Below, one piece after another: positions 19,406 through 29,107 of a stretch of 64,000 nt of DNA. The position numbers and the translations under genes were made by a program. Each line of letters opens with the position of its first letter. The stretch's first letter is position 1. Source of the stretch: Calditrichota bacterium (GTDB lineage Bacteria > Electryoneota > B3-LCP); contig JAGVQJ010000069.1 in assembly GCA_020051775.1 (NCBI GenBank), positions 15,235 through 79,234 of the forward strand. The letters run 5' to 3'. The notes under the pieces are model-generated. The model saw only the letters and a list, made by a program, of their open reading frames with translations. It was not told where the DNA came from and did not search any database.

Positions 19406-19457
19406 TTATTTTATGACAAAGGTCCTGTGATCAATGACAGAATTGAGTTTCTGGATC

Positions 19458-20147
19458 TTAATGTAATTCGTTCCGCCGCAAGGCATAAACTACGACGTTG
19501 GTTCCCATTTGCAAGGCCTTATGGCGGATTTCCCACGGGTCATGGTGAACGTCCTCATCTTCCCAACCATCTCCCAGATCGCTCTGGTAAGTATAGTAAA
19601 CCACCAGTTGCCCCTGATAGAAAATACCAAAACCCTGTGCGGGTTTGCCGTCGTGTTCATGGATTTTGGGCGGCCCCCCGGCGAAATCGAAAAAGCTATT
19701 ATATATGGGATGATTGTATGGCACTTCCTGAAGTTCCAATTCGGGGAAAACTTTGCGTATCTCCCGTCGAAAATGTTCATCAATGCCGTAATTGTCCTCT
19801 GCGAACAGAAAGCCTCCGGAGGTTAAATGGCGCCGCAATTGAGTGGCTTCCTCCGGTGTGAAGGTAATACGTCCATGACCGGTGAGATACAGGAAAGGAA
19901 CGCTAAATATAGCTGGGTCTCCGGGAGCTACCACAATCTCCTGCGGGGCTGCGGGTATTCCGGTCTGTTCGTGCACAAATTTCAGCAGATTAGGCAACGA
20001 AGTGGGATTTGAATACCAATCCCCGCCCCCGCCGTATTTCAAACGCCCGACGGTGAAGTCATTGTCGTCGGATGGGGAGGGCGGAGTTGCAGCAGAAACG
20101 AGTATAGGTATTAATAAGATTAGAAATAGGATTTGTCGCTTATTCAT
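19458..20147 (-). CDS. Secreted DUF4159-like protein
   Basis: Start moved to MNKRQILFLILLIPILVSAA (signal peptide) at 20147 with a GGAGGGG RBS upstream. Family call is from recollection of DUF4159 (amidotransferase-like) proteins. Confidence 0.5.
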   Translation of the reverse strand: MNKRQILFLILLIPILVSAATPPSPSDDNDFTVGRLKYGGGGDWYSNPTSLPNLLKFVHEQTGIPAAPQEIVVAPGDPAIFSVPFLYLTGHGRITFTPEEATQLRRHLTSGGFLFAEDNYGIDEHFRREIRKVFPELELQEVPYNHPIYNSFFDFAGGPPKIHEHDGKPAQGFGIFYQGQLVVYYTYQSDLGDGWEDEDVHHDPWEIRHKALQMGTNVVVYALRRNELH

Positions 20148-20343
20148 GTCTTTTCCACCCCTCCAACCTCCTCCTTGTTCCATTGGAATTCGGTCAGAGT
20201 TACCATCAATGGCCATTTAACCAATGGTCGTTGGCGAGTTGTCATTTGTCATTGATCCTTGAGTGCAGCAGCCCGCCCTCCACAAAGTGGCCACCTTATG
20301 GCTGACGGGCTGTATAGCTTAGTGATGGACGGAGTCGGACGAG

Positions 20344-20658
20344 TTATTCGCCGGATTTCAGAGGGCGTTTAAGAGACCCTTTCAGCAGCTTGCCCGGTTT
20401 AAAATGCGTTTTACGACGGGGCGGCACGAAGATCTCTTCATTGGTTTTAGGATTGCGGGCTTTTGGTTTAGCCTTGGTTTTCTTCACTTCAAAGACGCCG
20501 AAATCGCGTATTTCGATGCGCGCTTCAGGATCTGCTTCGGCCATGATCTCGCGTAAAACAGTGAACACGGTGTCTACGATGCGAGAAACTTCCTTGGGAT
20601 CTTTGCCCAGTTTTTCACTTGTGCGCTCGACGACGTCTTTCTTAATGAAGGTCTTCAT
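20344..20658 (-). CDS. HU/IHF-family DNA-binding protein
   Basis: 104 aa. ...IEIRDFGVFEVKKTKAKPKARNPKTNEEIFVPPRRKTHFKPGKLLK matches the HU/IHF arm region. Confidence 0.8.
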   Translation of the reverse strand: MKTFIKKDVVERTSEKLGKDPKEVSRIVDTVFTVLREIMAEADPEARIEIRDFGVFEVKKTKAKPKARNPKTNEEIFVPPRRKTHFKPGKLLKGSLKRPLKSGE

Positions 20659-21051
20659 GGGTTGTTGCTCCTAATGGCCGGTGGCGATCCTAAGTATAAT
20701 TTAGCCTTTATCCGTTGTTAATGTTAAACATCCCCCTTATGATCCCCCAAATTAAGATGATTGCAAACCAAATGCAAGAGATTTTTATGAAATTTTATAA
20801 TAGTGATCCAAACTTATTGTTTTTGATGGTTGAAGGATGAATTTTACCGGGGGTTAAAGACAATCTCATGATACGACTGGATTTTTGGGTTCTTAGTAAA
20901 AAGTTCGGACTCTTTGACCTGCTGATTTTATTACTAGGGTTTTTCATGGCTGGGATTTGTGAATAGATTTTGTAATAGATTACACTTGAAATTTGTTCGA
21001 ATTTTTCATATATTTTGTTTGGCCCATACGCAAACATTTGAGGGAGGCATA

Positions 21052-23397
21052 ATGTCCGCTTTTTATTCCTACGATCCCAGGTCACCGGATAGCTACACTT
21101 CGCAGTGGTCCCGCTATCTGCAGCAAAAGTCCGTTATCCAAGATCTTGAACACACCATGCAAGATCAAACGGATCAAATCCGGGATTCTTTGGGTATTGT
21201 AGCAAGTACTCTGCAAGATGGATTCTATCAAATTACTGAATGCCTGAATCAATTGAACTGGGGTTTGACCATGGTGATAGAAAGGCAGCGCATAACTAAC
21301 ATCCTAGCGGAAAATATCGCGCTGCTCCTCCGCATTCCCGATGCCCAAAAAAAGCGACAATATTACCTTGAACAGGGCCTTAAGTTTTTAAAAAACGCCA
21401 CGCTCGATCCGGATCTGTATCAGGACGCACTGGAAAAACTGATGGAGGCCGAAAAGTTGGAAAAGACGGATTATTTTGTTTTGCACCGGATCGGCCTGAT
21501 TTATTTATATAGTTCCGAGCATCTTGACGTATCCAAAGCTGAGGAGTATTTCAGGCGAGCAGCCAAGTACTCCGTTGTTGAGTCAGATCCCCAGGCAGTT
21601 CGAATTGCGAATATTTTGATAGGTGATATTCGAGGACAATTTAGAAACCAGACAACTCCTGCAGAAATCATTAAACTGATGGCGGCGGAATCCTTCTTAC
21701 ATACCGGAATTGCTTGTTACGTTCAGGGGAAATTCGAAGAAGCGGCGGAATTAGCCGCGAAAGCTTTCTTGCTCGCGCCGGAAATGCTGATTGCGGGGTT
21801 TGCGCGAGCCAAATCGCTAGCAGCCGGGGGACACGATAAGGAGTCAGCAACAGTCGTACGGGATCTAGTTACGCGTGACAGGAACTACTCTATTGCGGCT
21901 GCCCTTGACGATGATCTCAGGTCTTGCCAGGCTGTACGGGAAATGTTACACCAGTTACGCGACGAGGCGCTCAACCGGATATCGCAGATCCTGAAGGATT
22001 ATAAAGCCAAAATGATTCGAGGAAGCCTAGCCACGCCGGTTTTAGCGGAAATTGAGCAGCTAATTAAAAGGGGAACGTATTTGGATTCGATGAAGGCTAT
22101 GGATGAAATGGCCAAAAGAAGGATTTGGCGAATAAATGTAATACCACCGAGATTTGTGGAAAAATTAACAATGAAGGATTTTGGAGGTGATGTGCTGGAT
22201 GTTGCTTTCAGTCCGGATGGAACACTTCTGGCCATTAGTGATATTCATGGAAAGGTATATATAAAGGGCCTAGACCAAAATCAGCTAAGTATGAATCGTG
22301 ATCTTGGTTTTGAAAACAGAATAATGAGCCTAAAGACTCCTTCACATAATAAGATCCTCGCAGGATTATCTGAAAACAATCATATTATCATATGGGACTT
22401 GAAGACAATGAGTGAAATTGCGACATTATCAGGAAATAGAAGCCATATCAGTTGTTTTGATATTAGTAGGGACGGTAACATTGTAATTGCCGGTTACAAT
22501 GACGGATCAATGATACTCTGGGATATAAATAAGAAAGATCAAGTATTTAATTCTAAGGGTCACAACAACTCAGTTTCAACTTTAGAACTCAATTGGGATT
22601 GCACTTTACTCGCATCCTGTGAAGCTGGTGAGGTACACCTTCGGCGGGTAGAAACTATGGAACCAATAAATAATTTTTGCTTAGAGTCAGGGAAACATTT
22701 TCACACTGTTACCTTTAATCCTGATGGATCAAAATTAGCTTGCGGTTCTGTTAACGAAATCGCCATATTGGATACTGTCACCGGCAAAACATTATCGCGC
22801 ATCACTGCTAACAAAGCTCCGCATTATTTATCATGCTTTAGTCCGGATGGTGAATATCTGGTTTGTACGCAAGGTGATTGGTCGGATCCAGAAATTACTA
22901 TTATTAATGTAATTAATGGGAAATCTGTTGCCAAACTAAAACGCTTTGAAGGAAAAGTTAAGTGTGTTAAATTTAGCCCAAATGGATTACTCCTAGCCTG
23001 TGTTACCGATAAAAGAATTGTACTTTGGATTAGACAATCAGGTGATGTTTCAGCTAAGCCAATCGAAATTGAATGTTCACATAGTGTAGAAAAATTTATT
23101 GATTATGAAAAGGAAAGCCTAGCGGGATTAGAATTACATAAAAAAACCAAGGTGGCAGCCAGGCAAAAGGAAATTGAACGCAAAAAAGGTATGGAGGAAC
23201 AGCGCTCATTGCTGGAAAAAGAGAAGAAAATAAAGAATCTACTGGAACTTGCGTCACAGGCGGAGAAATACCAAAACAAAAAATGGTTTGGTAAAAACTT
23301 TTCAAAAACACTGGAATTGTATTTAGAAGCGGCTAAACTGGGCTCTGATGAAGCTAAAGTAGCAGTGAACCGTTTGGGATCAAAGATGAAGAAATAA
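21052..23397 (+). CDS. Large TPR-like helical + WD40 beta-propeller + coiled-coil/Sel1-like protein, low-GC (probably horizontally acquired)
   Basis: Track ORF starts at 20959. ATG at 21052 has a GGAGG RBS 7 nt upstream. WD40-type repeats (DVAFSPDGTLLAISDIHGKVY, IIWDLKT, MILWDINKK). C-terminal KEIERKKGMEEQRSLLEKEKK coiled coil and Sel1-like ...LELYLEAAKLGSDEAKVAVNRLG. No P-loop. Confidence 0.7.
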   Translation: MSAFYSYDPRSPDSYTSQWSRYLQQKSVIQDLEHTMQDQTDQIRDSLGIVASTLQDGFYQITECLNQLNWGLTMVIERQRITNILAENIALLLRIPDAQKKRQYYLEQGLKFLKNATLDPDLYQDALEKLMEAEKLEKTDYFVLHRIGLIYLYSSEHLDVSKAEEYFRRAAKYSVVESDPQAVRIANILIGDIRGQFRNQTTPAEIIKLMAAESFLHTGIACYVQGKFEEAAELAAKAFLLAPEMLIAGFARAKSLAAGGHDKESATVVRDLVTRDRNYSIAAALDDDLRSCQAVREMLHQLRDEALNRISQILKDYKAKMIRGSLATPVLAEIEQLIKRGTYLDSMKAMDEMAKRRIWRINVIPPRFVEKLTMKDFGGDVLDVAFSPDGTLLAISDIHGKVYIKGLDQNQLSMNRDLGFENRIMSLKTPSHNKILAGLSENNHIIIWDLKTMSEIATLSGNRSHISCFDISRDGNIVIAGYNDGSMILWDINKKDQVFNSKGHNNSVSTLELNWDCTLLASCEAGEVHLRRVETMEPINNFCLESGKHFHTVTFNPDGSKLACGSVNEIAILDTVTGKTLSRITANKAPHYLSCFSPDGEYLVCTQGDWSDPEITIINVINGKSVAKLKRFEGKVKCVKFSPNGLLLACVTDKRIVLWIRQSGDVSAKPIEIECSHSVEKFIDYEKESLAGLELHKKTKVAARQKEIERKKGMEEQRSLLEKEKKIKNLLELASQAEKYQNKKWFGKNFSKTLELYLEAAKLGSDEAKVAVNRLGSKMKK

Positions 23398-23403
23398 TTG
23401 TTA

Positions 23404-24408
23404 TTATTTCTGCCGCGCCACCGCAAACCTCGCAAAATCCTCGAGCATCTGTCTTTCCAATGATTCCGGAAAGGAGCTCAGACAGACCAACGCCTCGTCG
23501 CGCAAGCGGTGAGCTACGGCCGTAGCGTATTCAATACCGTCATAGCGTTTCAGGAAATCCAGCACCGTGGCGCGCCCGGAGGGTTTCAATCCTCGCTCAA
23601 TCAATTTACGAATTTTCTTTGATTCACCGTTCTGACAGATGCGCAGGGCGTGAATCAACGGCAATGTGATTTTACGCTCTTTAACATCTCCCAATGTCGG
23701 TTTGCCCAGCAACGACCGCCGCCCCTCAAAATCGAGCACATCATCGCGAATCTGAAAGGCCAATCCCAGCTTTTCCCCGAAGCATCGTAGATGCTCTCGC
23801 GCTGTCGTGTCGGTTCCGGAAGTAATAGCTGCCAATTCACAACAAGCTGAGAATAATGCCGCGGTCTTGTCGGAGATCATGTCGAAATAGACTTCTTCGG
23901 TAATATCCAGTTTGCGCACCTTGGCAATTTGGAGAAGTTCACCCCGGCTCATGCGCCTTGCGGTTGTCCCCATGATTTCCAGGACGGCAAAGTCGCGCAG
24001 ATCGAGCATATTGGCCAGCGCCTTAGCCAGCAGGTAATCTCCTACCAGCACCGACACCTTGTTCTTCCAGATGGCATTTAAGGAAGGAAACCCCCGCCGC
24101 ACCGGAGAATCGTCCACAACGTCGTCATGTACCAAGGTGGCGGTATGCAACAACTCTGTTATGACTGCGACCTTGACTGTTTCTTCTCTGATCGATCCGA
24201 ATAATCGCGCGCCTAACAGCGTCATCAAGGGTCTAAGTGATTTTCCCTTATGCTTAACCAGGTAGCGAACGACTTTATCCACCAGCAACACGTCGCTGGA
24301 GAGCAGTCGGCGCATCTCTTGATCTACGCGCTTCAGGTCGTCAGATAGAAAGGAATGGAAGTGGTCCAAGTTCATTGGAGGTGAGATAAAAGCAGGTTGA
24401 CTGTCCAT
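23404..24408 (-). CDS. ispB: Polyprenyl diphosphate synthase (octaprenyl/heptaprenyl type)
   Basis: 334 aa. First DDxxD LVHDDVVDDS with GDYLLA; second FQIRDDVLDF. Confidence 0.85.
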   Translation of the reverse strand: MDSQPAFISPPMNLDHFHSFLSDDLKRVDQEMRRLLSSDVLLVDKVVRYLVKHKGKSLRPLMTLLGARLFGSIREETVKVAVITELLHTATLVHDDVVDDSPVRRGFPSLNAIWKNKVSVLVGDYLLAKALANMLDLRDFAVLEIMGTTARRMSRGELLQIAKVRKLDITEEVYFDMISDKTAALFSACCELAAITSGTDTTAREHLRCFGEKLGLAFQIRDDVLDFEGRRSLLGKPTLGDVKERKITLPLIHALRICQNGESKKIRKLIERGLKPSGRATVLDFLKRYDGIEYATAVAHRLRDEALVCLSSFPESLERQMLEDFARFAVARQK

Positions 24409-25634
24409 CAGACCTTTTTCAATCGGAATATTTTGCGCTTGCCAACCTTCAGGATCTGGTCATTTTGCACTTGGATCGCTTGTCGGAAATCAGTAATTTT
24501 CTGCTCCTCCAAATACACAGCGCCCTCTTCAATTTTGCGACGAGCTTCTGATTTGCTGGAGGTTGCGCCAGCCTTCACCAACAAATCTATAATATTAATA
24601 TCACCGGTGATAAACAGATCTGGGACGTCCTGCGGTATGCCTCCATCCTGGAAACGAACCCGGAAATTATCGTCTGCCAGCTTCGCCGCTTTCTGTGAAT
24701 GATACAACCCAACCATTTCCCTCGCCAGTCGTTTCTTATGTTCCATGGGATTGACTCGGCCGGTTTTCAGATCCTCCTCGACTTTCAAGATTTCAAACGA
24801 TGGCGCATCCGTGGCCAGCGTGAAGTACTGTACGATCAGGTTGTCGGGAATGGACATCACGCGGCCATAAATTTCGTCAGGAGGATCGGAGATGGCTACA
24901 TAATTACCGAGCGACTTAGACATCTTCTCCTTACCGTCCGTACCTATCAGGATGGGCATCATGAACGCTACCTGGGCTTCCAGGCCGTACTCCTCCTGGA
25001 TTTTTCGACCCAGCAGCAGGTTGTATTTCTGATCTGTACCGCCTAACTCAACATCAGCCCGCAAAGCCACGGAATCGTAGGCTTGTAAAAGTGGATAGAG
25101 AAATTCCAAAATGGAGATCGTTTCACCGGTTTGGTAGCGTTTGAGAAAGTCATCTCGTTCCAACATGCGCGCCACGGTGTGCTTGCCGGTCAATTCAAGA
25201 AATTGATAAATGTCCCGAGTGCCATGCCATTCCGAGTTGAAGCGGATCACGGTAGCCTCAGGATCGAGAATCTTGAACACCTGCGCCTTATATGTCTCTG
25301 CATTACGTAGAACGTCCGCGCGCGAAAGTCTCGGACGGGTTTTAGATTTGCCCGAAGGATCGCCTACCATGCCCGTAAAATCACCGATCAGAAAGGTGAC
25401 CGTATGCCCCAATTGCTGGAATTGTCTCAACTTACGGATGCTCACGGCATGTCCGATGTGTAGATCCGGCGCCGAGGGGTCGAATCCCTGCTTGACGATC
25501 AAGGGAGTGCCGGTTGTGAAAGACCGCAGCAGTTTTTTCTCGAGTTCTTCCGCCGAGATGACTTCCGAGGTGCCTCGCAGAAGGAGGTCCATTTGATCTT
25601 TAACCGGCGGGAATTTCTGTCTTGCCTGGTTCAT
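24408..25634 (-). CDS. tyrS: Tyrosine--tRNA ligase
   Basis: 408 aa. HIGH motif (DLHIGHAV), KMSKS (KMSKSLGN), C-terminal S4-like domain. Confidence 0.9.
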   Translation of the reverse strand: MNQARQKFPPVKDQMDLLLRGTSEVISAEELEKKLLRSFTTGTPLIVKQGFDPSAPDLHIGHAVSIRKLRQFQQLGHTVTFLIGDFTGMVGDPSGKSKTRPRLSRADVLRNAETYKAQVFKILDPEATVIRFNSEWHGTRDIYQFLELTGKHTVARMLERDDFLKRYQTGETISILEFLYPLLQAYDSVALRADVELGGTDQKYNLLLGRKIQEEYGLEAQVAFMMPILIGTDGKEKMSKSLGNYVAISDPPDEIYGRVMSIPDNLIVQYFTLATDAPSFEILKVEEDLKTGRVNPMEHKKRLAREMVGLYHSQKAAKLADDNFRVRFQDGGIPQDVPDLFITGDINIIDLLVKAGATSSKSEARRKIEEGAVYLEEQKITDFRQAIQVQNDQILKVGKRKIFRLKKV

Positions 25635-26095
25635 TTGCGTTTCGAGTACTCCTTCATGACTCGATCCAGTGATCGTTTTTCCTCGCGTTTGGCGATGGAC
25701 GCGCGCTTATCGTACTGCCGTTTGCCTCTCACCAGCGCCAGCTCGACCTTGACACGGTTGTTCTTCCAGTATAGGGACAGGGGAATCAAGGTCAATCCCT
25801 TTTCTTGGACCGAGGCTTCGAGTTTGCGGATTTGCCGTCTTTGCAGCAGGAGCTTACGGATCCTCAACGGATCATGATTAGCGATATTGCCTTTATCATA
25901 AGGCCCAATGTGCACGTTATACAGGAAGACTTCCGCATGATGGATGGAGGCGTAACTATCCCGTAGACTAGCGCTGCCGGCACGCAGACTTTTCACTTCA
26001 GTGCCTAGAAGCGAAATGCCGGCCTCAAGCTTGTCCACCACGTGGTAGTCGTGTAAAGCCTTGCGATTTCGAGCGATTGACGGGTTATTCACCAT
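25631..26095 (-). CDS. smpB: SsrA-binding protein
   Basis: Track ORF extends to 26194. Conserved SmpB core begins at [19 protein letters not shown], so start placed at 26095. ...GTEVKSLR...[11 protein letters not shown] typical. Confidence 0.85.
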   Translation of the reverse strand: MVNNPSIARNRKALHDYHVVDKLEAGISLLGTEVKSLRAGSASLRDSYASIHHAEVFLYNVHIGPYDKGNIANHDPLRIRKLLLQRRQIRKLEASVQEKGLTLIPLSLYWKNNRVKVELALVRGKRQYDKRASIAKREEKRSLDRVMKEYSKRK

Positions 26096-26437
26096 TTTAC
26101 GGATCTCAAGATTGGAATTTAATCTAACCCATTTAAAGGCGGATGTCAAGCGGTTTTTGGATTTGTACGCATAATTTTGCAAAAAACCTCGCATTTAACC
26201 AACAAATAGCGTATCATGACTTAGGGAGAATCTTGATGTGATCTAAATACGACCAAAAAAATGAAATAATGTGATTTGGATCTTGACTTTTGTTGAAAAT
26301 GTTATTATATTGTACCACTTAATAATGAGATTTCGCACCGCACCCGCTAACCTTATATCCTGGTGAGGGGATTTTTGTGGGCAGTAAAAGCCCATCAATA
26401 AAGCCTTACAACCATAACTTCCTGCGGAGAGGGCCAG

Positions 26438-27892
26438 TTGCGTAGAGAAACGCTAAAGACCTGGTTCTCGCACTGCCTGCTTTTGATCGCCCTACCCCTA
26501 TGCGTCTGGGGCGAGACGCACGTTAAAGGTTTCGTTTCCGGAACTTGGGATATTCTGGGAACCCCTTACATCGTGGATAGCTCCCTGGTCATCGAAGAAA
26601 ACGACACTTTATTTATCGAGCCAGGTGTAACTATCCTCTTCCAGGGGCCTTTTTTCATTAAAATCAATGGCTGTCTCCGAGCTCAAGGAACGGTCTCTGA
26701 TTCCATCAGAATTTGGGATGAAAATAAAGCCAACTGGACCGGACTCCATTTTATGCCCTCCTCGCACGACTGCATTATAAATTATGTGTCTATTAAGTAC
26801 CCGGTTTGGGGTATTTATGCCTATTATTGTAGTGAAACGTCACCTTTAAATATATTACACTCAAATATTTACGCACAATCGGTTGCTGTCTGGGGTGCAT
26901 TCTCCAAGTTTAATCTTTTAAATTCCACAGTGATATGCGATTCTTTGGATGCTAAAGCTATCTATTTAAATCATTCCGATGCTCATATACAGGAATGCTA
27001 TATCCAGGCCAGCCGGTATCAAGACCAGGGAGTGGCTATGGGTATCTATAAGGTTAATTCAAAGCCGGAAATTTGGCAAAATACCATACGGGTTGACGCC
27101 TCGCAGAGAGCCCACGGAATTTGGTCGCAGACCAGCCCTAAAGCAGATATATCCTTCAACTTGATTCACATCACCTCATCCTATTATGCCAATGGAGGTT
27201 TCTTCCTAGCCAGCAGCCCCGATTTCGTGAACAATACGGTCATTATGGAATCCGAATTTGCCTTTTGCGACGGGCTGCACCTTTTGCAAAATGCCAGTCC
27301 TATCGTAGATAACAATATATTTGCCGGCGATGGTCCGAATTCTTTTGGTATCTATGTGGCGGAAGGCTGTGAACCGGATATTTTATATAGTGATTTTTTC
27401 AACCTGACGCCAACCTCCGCCGGTTACAGTTTGGGAACCGGTTGCATTGATGAAGACCCCATTTTTGAAGGACCCGAACAGGGTAATTTTACCTTGGAAC
27501 GACATTCGCCTTGCATTAATGCCGGCAATCCCGCCCGCGTTGAGGATCCTGACTCCACGGTCTCAGATATGGGCTGTTTTTACTTCAATACACAGGTCGG
27601 CGTAGAACCCGAGCCGTTCGTCCCACCGGCCTCATTCACCTTGATTCAAGCCTTTCCAAATCCTTTCAACGCTCAAAGTGTCATTCGCTTGACGCTCCCC
27701 ACCACCCAGACCGGATCGCTGGTTATTTATGACCAACAAGGTCGCATCGTTGAAACCATCAAGACAGGGATCTTCTTCACCGGGGAAAGTCGCTTTAGTT
27801 GGGACGCTTCTAGATTCGGCTCTGGTATCTACTGGGCAACATTGAGAACCGATCGTGGAACTCAAGTTCTCCAACTTACACTCATCAAATAA
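26438..27892 (+). CDS. Secreted protein with T9SS C-terminal sorting domain
   Basis: 484 aa. N-terminal signal peptide. C-terminal ~80 aa FPNPFNAQSVIRLTL...IYDQQGRIV...GIYWATLRTD matches the T9SS CTD (Por secretion tail). Confidence 0.65.
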   Translation: MRRETLKTWFSHCLLLIALPLCVWGETHVKGFVSGTWDILGTPYIVDSSLVIEENDTLFIEPGVTILFQGPFFIKINGCLRAQGTVSDSIRIWDENKANWTGLHFMPSSHDCIINYVSIKYPVWGIYAYYCSETSPLNILHSNIYAQSVAVWGAFSKFNLLNSTVICDSLDAKAIYLNHSDAHIQECYIQASRYQDQGVAMGIYKVNSKPEIWQNTIRVDASQRAHGIWSQTSPKADISFNLIHITSSYYANGGFFLASSPDFVNNTVIMESEFAFCDGLHLLQNASPIVDNNIFAGDGPNSFGIYVAEGCEPDILYSDFFNLTPTSAGYSLGTGCIDEDPIFEGPEQGNFTLERHSPCINAGNPARVEDPDSTVSDMGCFYFNTQVGVEPEPFVPPASFTLIQAFPNPFNAQSVIRLTLPTTQTGSLVIYDQQGRIVETIKTGIFFTGESRFSWDASRFGSGIYWATLRTDRGTQVLQLTLIK

Positions 27893-27916
27893 TTCATGGA
27901 TAGAATAGATATATGG

Positions 27917-27943
27917 AAAAACCGGCTATGGCCGGTTTTTTTG
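27917..27943 (+). terminator. Rho-independent terminator
   Basis: aaaaaccggctatggccggttttttt: 6-bp GC stem followed by T7, immediately after the stop at 27892. Confidence 0.7.
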
Positions 27944-28056
27944 TGCAATTTTTTCATCCACGAGAAAAATCGCACAATTTTCCTTGCATTGTGTGCAAAT
28001 TAATATTAAATTTAATCGCAAAGCAATTGCACATTGTGCATTTTATGCAGGAATAT

Positions 28057-29046
28057 ATGCGGCGATTTATCCTACTCCTGGTTCTCAGCGCTGAGCTGCT
28101 GATTTGGGGTTGTGACGTTCCTCGCAACAATCCTTATGATCCAGACGCTGAAAATTACCTCGGGCCAATGGGATCAATACAGGGGCAAGCAACTAGCCTC
28201 TCCGGAATCGGCCTCGATAGCGCACTTGTCAGCAGCCTGGCCGATACGAACGGGTATGTTGTCTCCGCCACCACCAATTCACAGGGATTTTTCACAATTT
28301 CAAATATTCAAACCGGCTCTTATCAACTGGTTTGCACTCGAGCCGGTTACATAGCCGATACTCTGACTTGCCTGGTAAATCTCGGATTGCCTACTATTAT
28401 AAATTTCCGTATTGACGCTATACCTGTTATCCAGAATTTCAGGATTACTTCCCAATATATTGATTGGGGCGACGTCCCGCCGTTCCTGGATCGCGCATTT
28501 TTCGCCCTGATAACAGTGTTCGATGCTGACGGCTTTTCCAACATAAGTTCCCTGAATTTACTGCGTGACGGCTATATTGATACTAATTTTGTGGCCCTGG
28601 ATTCCGCTTCGGGATCGCTCTCTTATCATTCTCTTCGATTACCACAAACCGTTTTTCCGGGTGACAGTATCGGATTGAATCTGGTCGGCGATCTTTTCGC
28701 TTGCACCGTCTGGGATGATTCCGGTGCCTCTGATGTCGCTGTTGACTATGTCGAAAGACTACTCCCCGAGATTCCGACCTTGCCTCCCAATAATCCCATC
28801 ATTCAACAACAGCCATTTCTGCGCGAATGGAATTCTTACAATGTTTCTTATCCCTATGTTTACAATGTCAGAATCTTCGATGATTCCAGTAATTTACTGG
28901 TTTGGTCCCAAATGGGGATTCCCAGCACTACTTTAAGTGTCAGTTTATCTTTGCCGCTGGAGTCGTATTATTGGACCCTTGAGATCGAAGACGAATATGG
29001 TAACACAGCCCGATCACGTCCGGATAATTTCGTCGTGTATAATTGA
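28057..29046 (+). CDS. Putative lipoprotein with carboxypeptidase-regulatory-like beta-sandwich domain
   Basis: Track ORF starts at 27913. Plausible start MRRFILLLVLSAELLIWGC (lipobox-like) at 28057 or 28045. SATTNSQGFFTISNIQTGSYQLVCTRAGYIAD resembles CarboxypepD_reg. Confidence 0.5.
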   Translation: MRRFILLLVLSAELLIWGCDVPRNNPYDPDAENYLGPMGSIQGQATSLSGIGLDSALVSSLADTNGYVVSATTNSQGFFTISNIQTGSYQLVCTRAGYIADTLTCLVNLGLPTIINFRIDAIPVIQNFRITSQYIDWGDVPPFLDRAFFALITVFDADGFSNISSLNLLRDGYIDTNFVALDSASGSLSYHSLRLPQTVFPGDSIGLNLVGDLFACTVWDDSGASDVAVDYVERLLPEIPTLPPNNPIIQQQPFLREWNSYNVSYPYVYNVRIFDDSSNLLVWSQMGIPSTTLSVSLSLPLESYYWTLEIEDEYGNTARSRPDNFVVYN

Positions 29047-29107
29047 TCCCCTTTAATTCATATCATCATCATTTGACTGTATAATATCAACAAGCAATAG
29101 CGTCCCC

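Noticed and set aside
19427-20220. Plus-strand ORFs of 61-144 aa overlapping the DUF4159-like gene
   Set aside because: Antisense to a gene with a clear signal peptide and RBS; no motifs.
21052-22300. Tested the WD40 protein N-terminus for a STAND NTPase (NACHT/NB-ARC) or CHAT-caspase domain
   Set aside because: No Walker A (GxxxxGK[ST]) and no His...QACxG dyad; the region looks purely helical/TPR-like.
26195-26437. Looked for a tmRNA (ssrA) next to smpB
   Set aside because: No GGGGCTGATTCTGGATTCGACGGG-like 5' end or TCCACCA 3' end, and no tRNA-like T-arm, in the intergenic sequence.
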